In this document: positions 38,462 through 50,676 of the stretch, piece after piece
How positions within the stretch are numbered: the first letter of the stretch is position 1
Layout: each line of letters opens with the position of its first letter
Assembly: GCA_964234715.1 (NCBI GenBank)
Contig: OZ174281.1
Strand: one strand, 5' to 3'
Length of the DNA: 64,000 bases
DNA from: Podarcis melisellensis
Taxonomy: Eukaryota
The notes under the pieces: generated by a model
What the model was told of the DNA's origin: nothing
What the model saw: only the letters and a program-made list of their open reading frames with translations
Database searches by the model: none
Program-made: the position numbers and the translations under genes

Positions 38462-38545
38462 GTATACATAGTTTATAGCTGGCCACTTTTTTCCATACTT
38501 CTTTGATATATAAGATTATACCAAATATCCTGGGTTTTCAAAATA

Positions 38546-38804
38546 CAGTGGTACCTCCGGTTAAGTACTTAATTCATTCCGGAGGTCCATTCTTAACCTG
38601 AAACTGTTCTTAACCTGAAGAACCTTAACCTGTTCTTAACCACTTTAGCTAATAGGGCCTCCCACTGCTGCCTTGCCACCGCCACACGATTTCTGTTCTC
38701 ATCCTGAAGCAAAGTTCTTAACCCAAGGTACTATTTCTGGGTTAGCGGAGTCTGTAACCTGAAGCGTATATAACCTGAAGCGTATGTAACCCGAGGTACC
38801 ACTG
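38546..38804. mobile_element. Tc1/mariner (Tigger/pogo-like) MITE
   Basis: TA-CAGTGGTACCTC...GAGGTACCACTG-TA. Same family as 15842-16079. Confidence 0.88.
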
Positions 38805-40884
38805 TATTATGCTTCCAGACATGTATAGATTATGGAATTGGTGCTGCTCATGCAAATTTGTTGCTGTTCCCACATGACATCCTCAACAACAGAATGCTAG
38901 CCTGTATTTCCCCCCATTTAATACATATTTACCCTTTCTATGGAATATCTGATAAGTAGGGTTTTTTTAAAATGTTGCCAAAGACTCGCTTGCAATATCC
39001 GAAGTTGCTTGCAACATTGAGTCCACATCTGGAAGAACTCATTGTTTCTCAACAGTTCAATTGGTACAGCAATTAAAGAGGCTACTTAGGAAGTCTGTAG
39101 AATCTCTTCCTTTTGAAGAGTCGGAGCCGGGCTATACTTAAGCCTCTGTCTGGGATGTTAGGTAATGGGCATCATATTCAAGGGGAAGACACTGGATGCC
39201 TTCCAGTTCTCGTTTCTTCTGTATACTTCTGTGATTCTTCTCACAAAAAGAGTTAGGAAGTCATGAACTTTCCTTTAATCTTCACAGTATTCTGTCACAT
39301 TGAAAGAAAGAACAGAAGCTCAGTGATTTAGGTAGCAATCCAATGCGCAATTCAATGTAAACTCCATTGAACACAGCGGACTCACGTGTTAAGTCAGAAG
39401 TTATAATCTAGGTGTTGGATTATTGCAATCAATGCTGTTTCCATCCTGCTACACTTCAGCTTCTGCTAAAACCTATGTTATTTCACTATCTGCTAAGGCC
39501 AAACTTGTGTAATTAATTTCAATGTATTTCAATGGAAGCAAAACAGCGAAAATAATGTAACTATTTACATAACATTTGTGGACTAAAAATGATTGTGAAT
39601 ATCACCCATGTTCTCTTACGTGTTTCCATTCCTGACCTGACCTCAGATAACCATGAAAATTGCAGGAATTTCCACTCCTGTTTCCATTTCTGATTAAATT
39701 TCTCAACATCCCTAGTTGTTGGTCTCTCCTGCATGCTTTCCTAGATTCAAATGGTACTGGATAATTGTGAAAGCTTACTATGGGAGAGGGCCAGACATAT
39801 TGTTTCTATATCTTAAGAACTGACTAGCAAATTTTTAGTAAAAAGGAAGACACAACTGTCTTCAGCAGCCATCAAAGTTATTCAGTCTTACTCATTGAGA
39901 ATTTTATGGGAAAAGAAAAGAAATGAAGGGTTTTAAATCAGGATTGCATGCTCCAAAGCCAAAAGATTTTAATGCCAACTATAGAATCACTTATTCCACT
40001 GTCCAATATCTCCTCAGCTAACGCCCAGCTTTATATACAGACAAATGTTATCCAGGAAAAAAGGGAAGGCATTTTAACATGGGATTATTTTTCTCACTTG
40101 TGATGAGAATGTCAGAGATTCTGCAGTTGTTGAATTTAATAACAAATGTATTACTTGCTCATGCATTATATTTTATTGTATTGCTGATAGTGTCCAGAAT
40201 GTTTGGATACTTAAAACCAAAGAGGTTAGATCTGAACAACTCTATTAAACAAAGTGTATATAGATGATTATGAAGATGCCTAGTAAATGGTAAATATACA
40301 TTGTTCCAACTTATTTCAGTGGTGGAGTTTCTGTATGAAAAATAATCAAAAATATAAAATCACCATTGTAATCTTCTTTGTATGCCACCATTCCATGGTT
40401 AAAACCATGCTCAAGGTGACTTACAACATGAAAAGATTTGCAAAATTACAAACATAACAAAAGTCATCATAACCAGTAAATAAAACATATCAAAAAGAAC
40501 ACAACCAAATTGAACATTTTCCACATAAATCATAATAACATCTAAAGATAATATATTAATATTGGTGGCAGCAACAAAAATAATCCTTAACTGTACCCCA
40601 GCCCAAGGGTCTGTTAAGCAGCATCAGCTTTTGTAGCTGGAGTCAGCCAGGGCCCTGCCCTCCCAGGCCAGGTGGTAAAAGGCCAGCAAGGCAGTGAGCG
40701 GGTCTTCCAGGACTCATAGCCAAGATGGTCTCCAATGTACAATTGAATGTTGGATCATGGATCTCTCAAAAACTCTTAGGATTCTCACACAATTAGAGTT
40801 CCTATTTTAGGAGAATGTAACAGCAAGAGTTAAGGCAGTCACTATTTCACAGCACAAACCTCTTTACAAGTATACACAAAAGTA

Positions 40885-41285
40885 AAAATGGGAGAGAAAT
40901 TCAATTTATTTCATGCTTTCTGAAACCCAAACAGCCTTTCTTTGAAATTCACAATTCTCCAGATTGTGTAATGCAGTTCCCCAGCCAAATCATTTGTAAA
41001 AAATTCACAAACTGGGCTTAAAGTGTACATAAAAACACATACATTGGTGAAAATAACAAAAAATGCATCGTATTAGGGGAAATTGCTTGCAAAAATGTGT
41101 ATATTAAGTAAAATTGCCTATAAATATGTGTCTATTAGGAGAAATTTGCACTAATATGCTGAAGAATTTTCATTAGGACTTTTTTTTTTAAAAAAAGCAA
41201 ACTGATGTGGAAATGTGAAAAACTGAAATTAATATTAGAAAAATGAGAAACAGAGAGAAACCAAAATGGTCAGAGTGATCCCTCA
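40885..41285. mobile_element. unclassified lizard non-autonomous repeat (probably hAT-like)
   Basis: A-rich body with repeated AATGTGTATATTAGG-like units. A related end fragment lies near 39590-39715. Confidence 0.4.
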
Positions 41286-44006
41286 TTACTCAGAATTACT
41301 CTAAGCCCCAGAGAGTTTTATGAGCCTTACTCTCAGGTAACTGTGTAGAGGACTGCAGCCCTAATGCCCCAGTGCAAAAGATTTGAAATATCAAGAATGC
41401 TTAAGTAGTAACATTGCTAGATTCTATAAAGAAGAATGATTCTGTGTCCCACTATTTTTCAGAAGAAAATATATTGGTTGATGTTGCTCTTCCTTACATA
41501 GTGTTGCAGAGGTAAAGGAAGTTTTACCTGCTGAACACTTCTCAACTCAGTTTATAATGCCTACCATTTATTCTATTAGGATGATCTAATGCTGTCCCTA
41601 CATAACAAGTGCACAAACTTTAATACTGCTGGAGTTATGGGTTTTAAACTAATATTGCATGCAGATACATGGACATAATTATATTCAGCATTGGCAAGAA
41701 TGGGAAGATAGCACTATGAACAAATTTTGTAACGTAATAGAAAAGGGTAAATAAGAAGAAAATACTTCAGCTACTAAATCCCAACTCTTGATGAAGCATT
41801 TATAAATACTGGAGAAAGAGTACATATCTGTGTCTAACTCTACACATTAGAGGATATGGGTTTCCTTATGGAAACCCTACTCAAGTATTCAGCACCAATG
41901 AGCGTGAAACACATTCCCCCAGAATGCAGATAAATTGAAAGGTGAAATTGAATGGGATCATGTCTGGATAACTATTCTGCTGTCCCACATTTATTTATTT
42001 AAAATATTTATGCCCTGCTTTATAGCCTGAAGAGGCTCTCAAAGTGGTTTAGAAAAGATTTGCACAACACAGTTGCATTTAAGCATAGCAGTAGGGGAAA
42101 AAATGACAATGTGTCATATGGTGTCAGGATAATTCAGGCAGAATTTCCTGTCCTACTCTGTCTCCCTTTGGCCACAGCCAGCTAAGCAACAGCTTTCTGA
42201 AACAAAGGATTGGAGCTGAGCAGCTAAACACACTCAGCCCATAATGGAAGGAAATCTTTTTCTGGTAGTTCACCACCCATACTTGCTACACTGGTTGTAC
42301 TCCCCTGAGTTGGCACCTGTGAGGACACTGCCTATCCCCATACCCAAAATGCCATTGCATACACACACACTCAACCCTGGCTGTGTCGGCATCAGCTAGA
42401 AGGGGACCTATATATGTACAGTTGTATGTGCTCCCTTCATGATTTCTGTCCCCGTAGAGGGTTACCAATGCACAGGATCCATATATGTACATGCCCCTTT
42501 CAGACTGACACCAATCATGCATCAGCTGCAGCAGGGACTTGGCCAGTGTACACACTGGAGCCTATGGGACACAGCTAGCCTGTACATTTTAGATAGGGTA
42601 GCTCTATATTTTAGTGACAAGCCTATGATTATACCCATGGATTAAGCATGAGATCACACACTTTTGATTTTTACTTGTTTTCCTGCTGTTTGGCAAATGT
42701 GATTTTGAACTAACTTTCAGATCGCCATAGGCTTCATATCTTTTAAGAAGCCATACTCCAGTCTATCCTTTTTATAGTGTGAAACCCATGTAGAGTAGCA
42801 AGCCATCTGCATGCTGATTGAACCTGAAAGAAACCCATTTTGCAGATGTGCCATTTGAATGTCTTACTGGCATTGTAACTTTTTTTTAACTTCTGGTAAT
42901 TGCTTTAGAAGAACAAAGCTCTTTGTTTAAGGGGAGCTCAGGGAGATCATAATTGCCATAAGGTACAAGACTGTTTCCAAGTATTTCTGAATTGCTTTTC
43001 TTTCTACATTAAATATTTAACGTCTAATCTTTGGCCAAACTGTAGAAACCCACTAAGGTCCATGGGTGATGACATCAGGAAGAGAATGGAGACCTGCCAG
43101 TTAAATGCTCTGTGTAATTTTCACTATATAACCACCACTTGAAAAGTATCTGGCTGAATTTGAAATAATATGCAAGAATACAGAAGCATGTAGTCACTGA
43201 AAAGTGGACCATAAGCAATTGGTTTCACACATTTGTGAAAAACTGAAGATTCACAAATTGTTTTGTTTTTTAAAAAAAATACAAACAGCTTTTTCACTTC
43301 CCAAACATTGTGAAACAAATGTTTATCTTCCTCTGTAAAATCTTTTTTTTTTTAAGGATTGAAACAATAATATTTATTTACAGCAACGTGCAATGTGACT
43401 TGGAACTTAAAATTATTATTATTTAATATTGGTTTTTTGCACAAATTTTCCAACATAACAACTTCATAATATCATAACAAATCTTTGGCTATCACAGCCT
43501 AAGACTTCCCTCAACCCCTTCTAATGGTTTTCTAAATTCTTCTCTATTTTTGCATTTTATTCTTCCTCTGTAAAATCTTGACCCCTTATGGGTTTTTAAT
43601 TGAAAGACTTATCATTCTTAGCACTTTTTGTCAGGACTGATGCCAGTACTGACTTTATCTGTGGGTATCCAGCAGTGAGATGGTAACCCAGTACTCCAAG
43701 AGGGAATTGTTTTAATGCAAGCACTGACTGAATTATTTGCTAGATCAGCTAAAGGGCACCTGTTTCTCAGTCATGTGCTCTGATACTCTTTTGCCTTTGC
43801 TAAGAGAGCAGTTTCATACCAGGCAGAGTGGACTATTTATTTTTTGTTGAAGGATAAGAGAGTGTGAATATAAACACACATAGGGTACAATTCATCCAAA
43901 ACTAAACTTCCAAAACCCATTGATAGAACAGTGGACGTCCTTACCTTTTGCACTGAAAATAGTATGACAACAGTGCATAATTGTGACTAGATCATTCCAT
44001 TCTACC

Positions 44007-44135
44007 CAGTGCTACTTTTCTAGAAAAAGAGGTGCTGGAACTCACCATGAACACCTTCCTCGTTCCTTTAGCATGGCAATGGCACTCATCTGAGAGGTGC
44101 CAGCACTGAGTTCTGGTGAGTTATGGCTGAAAAAC
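44007..44135. mobile_element. hAT-like MITE (CAGTGCT...AGAAAAAGAGGTGC family)
   Basis: Reverse-complement match to 50101-50207. A related left end lies at 30744-30845. Confidence 0.6.
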
Positions 44136-45179
44136 AATTGACAGTGCGGATGCTATACATGTGGGATGGCAACTGACAGCTTGCAGGCCAGATCCAACCT
44201 GAACAACATATGAAGATATTGAGAAGTCCTGCTATAGATCAAGCCATATCTGCTAAGAATTTTCATATTATATTTTAAAATAAAAAATATTAGCACAAAA
44301 TTCTGACCAATGCATTGTACCTTATAGTACTACCTTTTGTGACAGACGATCCACAGATCAAGCACTGGTGACCATGCATTCCAGTAATTATTTGAAATGC
44401 CAAATTTATTTGCAAATGGGATTATCTTTTCAATAGTTTGAAACTCTGCTTTCTCAGTCAATTCTCCTCCTTAGCACTCATCCAAATTTGACTCTAATGT
44501 TCTTCATGTGATAGGACAGGCTATATATGTAATATGACACCTTCCGCTATATCAGAGTTTGAATTTTGATTAGAAAATTCTGTGATTAGTTTCTCAGTAC
44601 AAGAAAGTTGCTTAAAAATAAAAAATAAAAAAAAATGATAGTTGTGTGGAGGGGTTCTTGCAACCCAATAATTACAAAACATTATTTATCCAATTTATGG
44701 TGGAATAGTTTGGAATACTGTATATATTAAGTAGCAGTAAGCAGACCGTGTGCCTATTGATCTTTGAAGTAATGGAAGGGGAATGTCAGGAATGACTATC
44801 AGTGATAGATGAAAGCTAGGAGAGAATAAGGCAAACCAGGCTGATGGACAGGAAGCCAACATCTGCTAAAAGGCATAATGGCACCCGACTTCACTTTCAA
44901 CTTGACTTCCATGGCAGCTCTGGCTCCTGCTTATTTCAGAAATAAAATTAAAGGTATTCCAGTCACTGTACCCATTAAATTTCAATAGATGGTCTTAGTT
45001 CAGCCTTAGAAAGTTGCAGTGAGCACATGCAGAGAGAGTCTTGTCTAAACTATTGTTAATAATATTTTTTAACAAAATAAATATAAAAAATTGATCCATT
45101 TTATAATGCTCCTTTTATTTAGTGCTGACAGTCATTTGCAGATAAGAAACTGAAAAGGCACTCCTTTGCTCTAAGAGAG

Positions 45180-45312
45180 ACATGGGGAACCTCTCGCCTG
45201 CCAGACATTGTTGGACTATAACTACCATCATCCCTGACTCCATGCCATGCTCGCTGGGGCTGATGGGAGTTGAAGTCCAGCAACATCTGGAGGGCCACAG
45301 GTTGCCAACCCT
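45180..45312. mobile_element. degenerate hAT-Charlie-like palindromic MITE
   Basis: GGACTATAACTACCATCATCCC / GGGGCTGATGGGAGTTGAAGTCC hairpin. Older relative of 58039-58174. Confidence 0.65.
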
Positions 45313-45783
45313 TCATCTTACAGGAAGCTGGCATGGGCTGGCATCCCCCAAAATCTATTAATTCTGCTAATAAACAAAAAAATGACATTAATACTTGCCA
45401 AGGCAAAACAGTAAGGCAGTTTGTAGTAACACTGGTATTTAGGGTGTGTGTGGTGGTTTGTTTGTTTTTTAAGATGCTAGTGTCAGTCTCAGTATAGTGC
45501 CTGCCACTATACCATCCCTAATGGCTGGGAGCAAGAACGTGTGTTGTGATTTTAGCCAGTTTTTATATGATATATTTTTAAGTTGGCAGTTTGTTCTGCT
45601 GGTGATGCTGATTATGGTGATGATTTACTTCTTTTCTATGGCTTGTCCTAAGTTGCAGGGACTGTTTGGTATTGAAATGGAAATAAATAAAAGATAAAGT
45701 ATTCTATACAGGACTAGTCAAGCAATACAGTGCTTCATGTGATTTTGTTACGATTAACTAAGTGCACTGGTGTTCATGAAATG

Positions 45784-46290
45784 CAGTGGCGTCGCTACGG
45801 GGGACGGGGGGAGGTGCGCGCTGGGTTCCATGTCTGTGGGAGTGACAATAAGTCACCCTGCGGGGGCTCGCGGCAGCACGATCAGCCATCGCGCCACCAC
45901 AGCCACATGTGGAGGATCCTCCGTTCGCGGCTGCAACCATGAGCAGAAGATCCCAGCGCTGGTGGCAAACTGTTAAGCACAGTGCATGTGTGGCATCGCA
46001 TGCATGGGCTGTACGTAGCGATGCCGCACATACGCTGTATAGCGGTTTTCCGCTGGCGCCGCTCCAGAGGCATACAGATGGTGCCAGGATCCTCTGCTCG
46101 CGGCTGTAGCGGCGATGGAGGGATCCCGGCACCCTCCGTACAGCTCTGGAGCGGTGCTGGTGGAAAACCGCTATACAGCTCATGTGCGGCATCGCTACGT
46201 ACAGCGCATGTGTCCTACATAGTGACGCCGCACATGCATCCTACGTAACGACGCCCACCCAGGGTGTCACGACGCCTTCCTTCACCCCTG
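45784..46290. mobile_element. hAT non-autonomous element with a long internal hairpin
   Basis: CAGTGGCG...CACCCCTG ends, perfect 8-bp TSD ATGAAATG (45776-45783 and 46291-46298), CpG-rich. Confidence 0.8.
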
Positions 46291-47408
46291 ATGAAATGTT
46301 CACCATGGTGACGATTGGATTTTTGACTTTACAAACATTCTTTGGTGAAAAGTTTTTTAAAAAATTTTACACATTTGCTTTTTTATCCAGTCATCTTACA
46401 TTTCCCTATAAAATACTCATTTTAAGGCTGCAGTCCTAATATACACTTATTTCCCTATAAAATATTCAGTTTAAGGCTGCAATCCTATATACACTTAGCT
46501 GGAATATGTCTCAATGAACTTCATGGGTTTACCTCTGAGCAGATGCATAAAAGGCTGCACTGTTAGTGTAGAATTATAGAAAACCTTTTATTCAGTTTGC
46601 TATTGCTAGCTGTACCTAAAGCTATTTTAATTTTTAGAAAAACCTTAGAGTGAAGAGTTAAGAAAACTAAAGAAATACATTTGACACTGTCAAAAATCCC
46701 TGAATTGTCCCTCTAATATCCCTGTGCTCTGCCAAACATTTAATCAAGTTTAATCAAAACTCACTGGTCTAATACAAAAACTTAATATTAGGTATGTCAC
46801 CTGAGCTATGATCTACACAGGCTCAGGATTAAGAAAAATTGACGCTCCATGCAAAACGACAAGGCAAATGCAGTTCTGTGTGGGCAAAAAGTTTGTGTTA
46901 AATCCCAGGGTGAATATATGTGGCAGAGAGAGGAGGTATTGGATTATTGCTGGAATAGTTTTAGGTTTTAGTGAAATAAAATGAGACCCAGCGGCTGCCA
47001 GCAACAGTAACCAGGAATCTACAGTATGCTCTGTGGGTTCTTGCTTAGGCCTTGATTTTCATCCAGAACTATAGCATTTGCTGCTTCTGCCAGATGTTCG
47101 GGCTTGGGCCAACAATCCCATATAGGCTCACAGGAAAAACAAACCTTTATCCCTATGCATAACTATGAGACTCTGGCACAGTGCTCTATAGAGCTGTAAG
47201 TTATCCCATGGCTGCTGAAGGGTACTACAATTTTTTTTAAAAAAATAACCATTTTCCTAAGCTTTAAAACCTGTATTCTTACCCAGTAAACAAAGGAGGA
47301 AATTTTGTTTCTTAAAATGTGGTTTTAAATGGGACTGTTAAACTACAGGAAAGCCAAGACTCTGGGTCAGCAGCCTGAAACGCAGTGGATATGCATTCAA
47401 TACATAAC

Positions 47409-47542
47409 CATGGGTGTAGCCAGGATTTTTGTTAGGGGGGGGCAGAACAGAAATGATTGGTCAGTTAGTTAAGTATTTCTATTGTTTTACTTGATCGGGG
47501 GGGGGCAGCTGCCCCTCCCTGCCCTCCCTGGCTACGCCCATG
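47409..47542. mobile_element. hAT MITE (CATGGGCGTAGCCAGG family)
   Basis: TIRs CATGGGTGTAGCCAGG / CCTGGCTACGCCCATG. Perfect 8-bp TSD TACATAAC. Confidence 0.88.
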
Positions 47543-47749
47543 TACATAACCTCTGCAGGCCAAACAATTGTCCCTTGCCTTTTCACATACAATCTGGGGG
47601 GGAACTGCAGGACCTGTGTTGGCTTTGGAGTCTGAAGTTCCTTTCCAATTTTCCAGTTCAGTCCCTTGGTGCTAAACAGCTGGCTTCCCCATGTTCTTAT
47701 GAGTGCAGGGGAATACTGGGGAAAGATGGTGTAAATATTATTTTATTAT

Positions 47750-48590
47750 GTTTGTTTAAAAGGGTAGCAGGGTGGGAAGCTGCCCTTCAGTATCAGGGCA
47801 GCATATAGGGCAGCATAGAGCAAAAATATCAGCATCAAAATAAAATCACAGTTAAAATGAAACACAAAGGAAAGCAGCAGCTCATAATTCTGCAGGAAAA
47901 TGTCAGCAGAATAGATTAAGCAATTATATACCAGCTCACGTTAGCTGCTGGAATGCCTGGGCAAATAATCATGTCTTTGCCTGGCACCAGAATGACATCA
48001 CACTTGGCATCAGACAAGCCTTCTTGGGCCCAGCATTCCACAAATAAAGAGCTATGTCTGAGAAGTCCCTTTCTCTGGCTGTCATCCCCACTTCAACTAT
48101 ATGGGGCATCCAGAGGAAAGCTTTAAATGACAGACACAGGATGCTTTCAGGCCACTGCTGTTTTCCGATGGGAATCAATCATATTCAAGAGAATTCAGGT
48201 TGATTTGGAGCTCTTGTGCAACAAATCCACTCCACACCCATATCCCCAAATCAGACTTTTTGCAACAAGGAAAGTGACAGAGAAATGCACTGGAAAGTGT
48301 GGGATAACAATTGCTTGATGTGGTGTTGTATAGCCTCCCTGCAAACAAATCAGAATGAATGCTCAATAAACAGCTGCTGTCATCTAACAACCCCACAAAC
48401 TTTGTGCAAACAAATCAGGATGAGTATTCAATTCAGGTTGTCTGGAAGTGATCACAGTGTTTGGGCAGGTTTAGGTGATAGAAGTCAGTCCTTTAAGTAT
48501 TCAGGTGCTAAGTCATTCAGGAAAATATGGGTAAGCATCAGCACTTTGAAGTGTGCCTGGAAATTGGCAGTAGCCATTTAAGGACTGGTA
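47750..48590 (-). mobile_element. degenerate L2 LINE 3' region
   Basis: Minus-strand peptide RERDFSDIALYLWNAGP...PSVMSFWCQAKT matches the L2 ORF2 C-terminal pattern R.FS...P.LWN.LP...PS..SF...LKT. Confidence 0.65.
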
Positions 48591-48602
48591 AGCAATGGTA
48601 TG

Positions 48603-48953
48603 GGGACACAGGTGGCGCTGTGGGTTAAACCACAGAGCCTAGGGCTTGCCGATCAGAAGGTCGGTGGTTTGAATCCCTGTGACAGGGTGAGCTTCCATTG
48701 CTCAGTCCCTTCTCCTGCCAACCTAGCAGTTCGAAAGCATGAAGTGCATGCAGATAAATAGGTACCACTCCAGCGGGAAGGTAAATGGCGTTTCCGTGTG
48801 CTGCTCTGGTTCGCCAGAAGCGGCTTAGTCATGATGGCCACATGACCCGGAAGCTGTACGCCAGCTCCCTCAGCCAATAAATTGAGATGAGCGCCGCAAC
48901 CCCAGAGTTGTCTTCAACTCTAACTAATGGTCAGGGGTCCCTTTACCTTTACC
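48603..48953 (+). mobile_element. Sauria SINE, full length
   Basis: GGGACACAGGTGGCGCTGTGGGTTAAACC head and CTTTACCTTTACC tail. TSD TAAGCAATGGTA at 48589-48600 and 48954-48965. Confidence 0.92.
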
Positions 48954-49077
48954 TAAGCAATGGTACATCAGTCCTCTTGGGGCTTTTTAAATCAGACATT
49001 GCCTATGCTCACTCATACCTTTTCTTGCAACATTAAGGGCCAGAAATCTGCCTTTAGAAAATAAGAAAACATATGAA

Positions 49078-49452
49078 AAGGTAAAGATAAATGGACCCCT
49101 GACAATTAAGTCCAGTTGCGAATGACTCTGAGGTTACGGCGCTCATCTCCCTTTAAAGGCCGAGGGAGCCCGGGCGTTTGTCCACTTCTGCAGACAGTTT
49201 TTCCGGGTCATGTGGCTAGCATGACTAAGCCACATCTGGCAAAACCAGAGCAGCGCATGGAAATGCCGTTTACCTTCCCGCTGGACCAGTACCTATTTAT
49301 CTACTTGCACTGTGTGCTTTCAAACTGCTAGGTTAGCAGGAGCTGGGACCAAACAATGGGAGCTCACCTCGTCGCGGGGATTCAAACCGCCGACCTTTCG
49401 ATCAGCAAGCCCAAGCGGCACAATGGTTTAACCCACAGCACCACCTGCGTCC
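49078..49452 (-). mobile_element. Sauria SINE, full length
   Basis: AAGGTAAAG tail on the left, ...AACCCACAGCACCACCTGCGTCC head on the right. Confidence 0.9.
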
Positions 49453-50100
49453 ATATATATGCACTTTAAATGGATTACCTGCAACCCTTATTGGCTTGAA
49501 GACAAAGAAGGAATAACATAAAGAAAAGCATGGGTTTTATTGTTCAACATCTGGAAGTGTGTGAGCCCCGCACCCTCTTGAGTGTTTACAGAGTGATGAT
49601 GAACAAATTTACATCTACCGGAATCAAGGGATATTGCAGCAGGATATCACGACTAGAGGAAATTTGCACTCCAACTGATCTCTAGGGCATTCTTTAAAAA
49701 TATTTCACTTCTAACAAGTATCACTAGAAAACAGTCGTCACTCCCATTCCCTTGCGTTGAACATGCTTGTTACACTTTTTTTCTCCGCCTATACAAAGAC
49801 CACAAAAGAAAGCAGTTGGCTACATGAAGCTTGACAGAGCACCACAAGGAGAGCATATAAATCTTCTTACGTTGGCTGTGTGCCCTTGGAATTAAAGGGA
49901 AATTGTGTTTTGAAAGTTTTTTCTCCCAAACACACTAGATTAACAAAGTATATTGTGCCTTCACAGCTTAATATATGATGGAAAGTTTGGCAGTTGTTGC
50001 CATCTGAGGCAAGGCCTTGTGTTCCTAATCCTTCCTTCTTCTTAAAGTATAAACCAGACATTATAAGGGCTTGTGCAAAAGTCTTGGGGAACTATGTGAA

Positions 50101-50207
50101 CACCTCTCAGGTGGCACCTCTCAGGTAGGCGCCATTGCCATTATAAGCGAACAATGGAGGCCTTCATGGTGAGTTCTGGCACCTCTTTTTCTAGAAAAAT
50201 AGCACTA
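50101..50207. mobile_element. hAT-like MITE fragment
   Basis: Reverse complement of 44007-44100. Confidence 0.6.
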
Positions 50208-50212
50208 CGCAG

Positions 50213-50386
50213 CAGGGATGGCAACTTGAAAAAAATAGGGGGGTAAGCCCCACCCATATAATCACATGACATGTTGCAGGAACACCATTTGAATGGCAAT
50301 GCCCATCAACTTTGGGAGGGCAAGGTCCCCTCAAATATTTCATGGGAGGGCAAAGCCCCCTCGTTCCCTAGGAGTTTGCTCCCATG
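50213..50386. mobile_element. hAT-like MITE
   Basis: Imperfect TIRs CAGGGATGGCAACT / AGTTTGCTCCCATG. The flanks share CGCAG (degenerate 8-bp TSD). Confidence 0.55.
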
Positions 50387-50627
50387 ACCCGCAGAAAAAG
50401 ATCCCTGTCTCAGGTAAGCTATTGCGCAGGGCAGGCAAAACAACACGACTGCATTTATTTTTAAAACTTACCAGCTCACTTTTAAAAATTTATATTTAAT
50501 TGCACTGCAGGGGTTGTTATATGAAAACAACAATAGCAACAAAGAAACAAACTAAAATAAAACCAGAATGGTGGTGGGAAGGAGAGGAGGAGAGCATTCA
50601 TAGGTTTTGCTTATTTTCCATTTACAG

Positions 50628-50676
50628 GGGTATCATAAATTACCTTTACATTCAGCTGAAGGAAGAGTTCAGCTTG
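50628..50676 (+). CDS. candidate 49-nt internal exon, unidentified gene (GYHKLPLHSAEGRVQL or GIINYLYIQLKEEFSL)
   Basis: Strong acceptor TTTTGCTTATTTTCCATTTACAG and consensus donor TTG|GTAAGT. Two stop-free frames and repeat-poor downstream sequence. Could be a UTR or non-coding exon. Confidence 0.45.

Noticed and set aside
45730-46439. Cluster of GC-rich ORFs and apparent CpG island
   Set aside because: Explained by a hAT element bounded by an 8-bp TSD. The same applies to 59945-60377.
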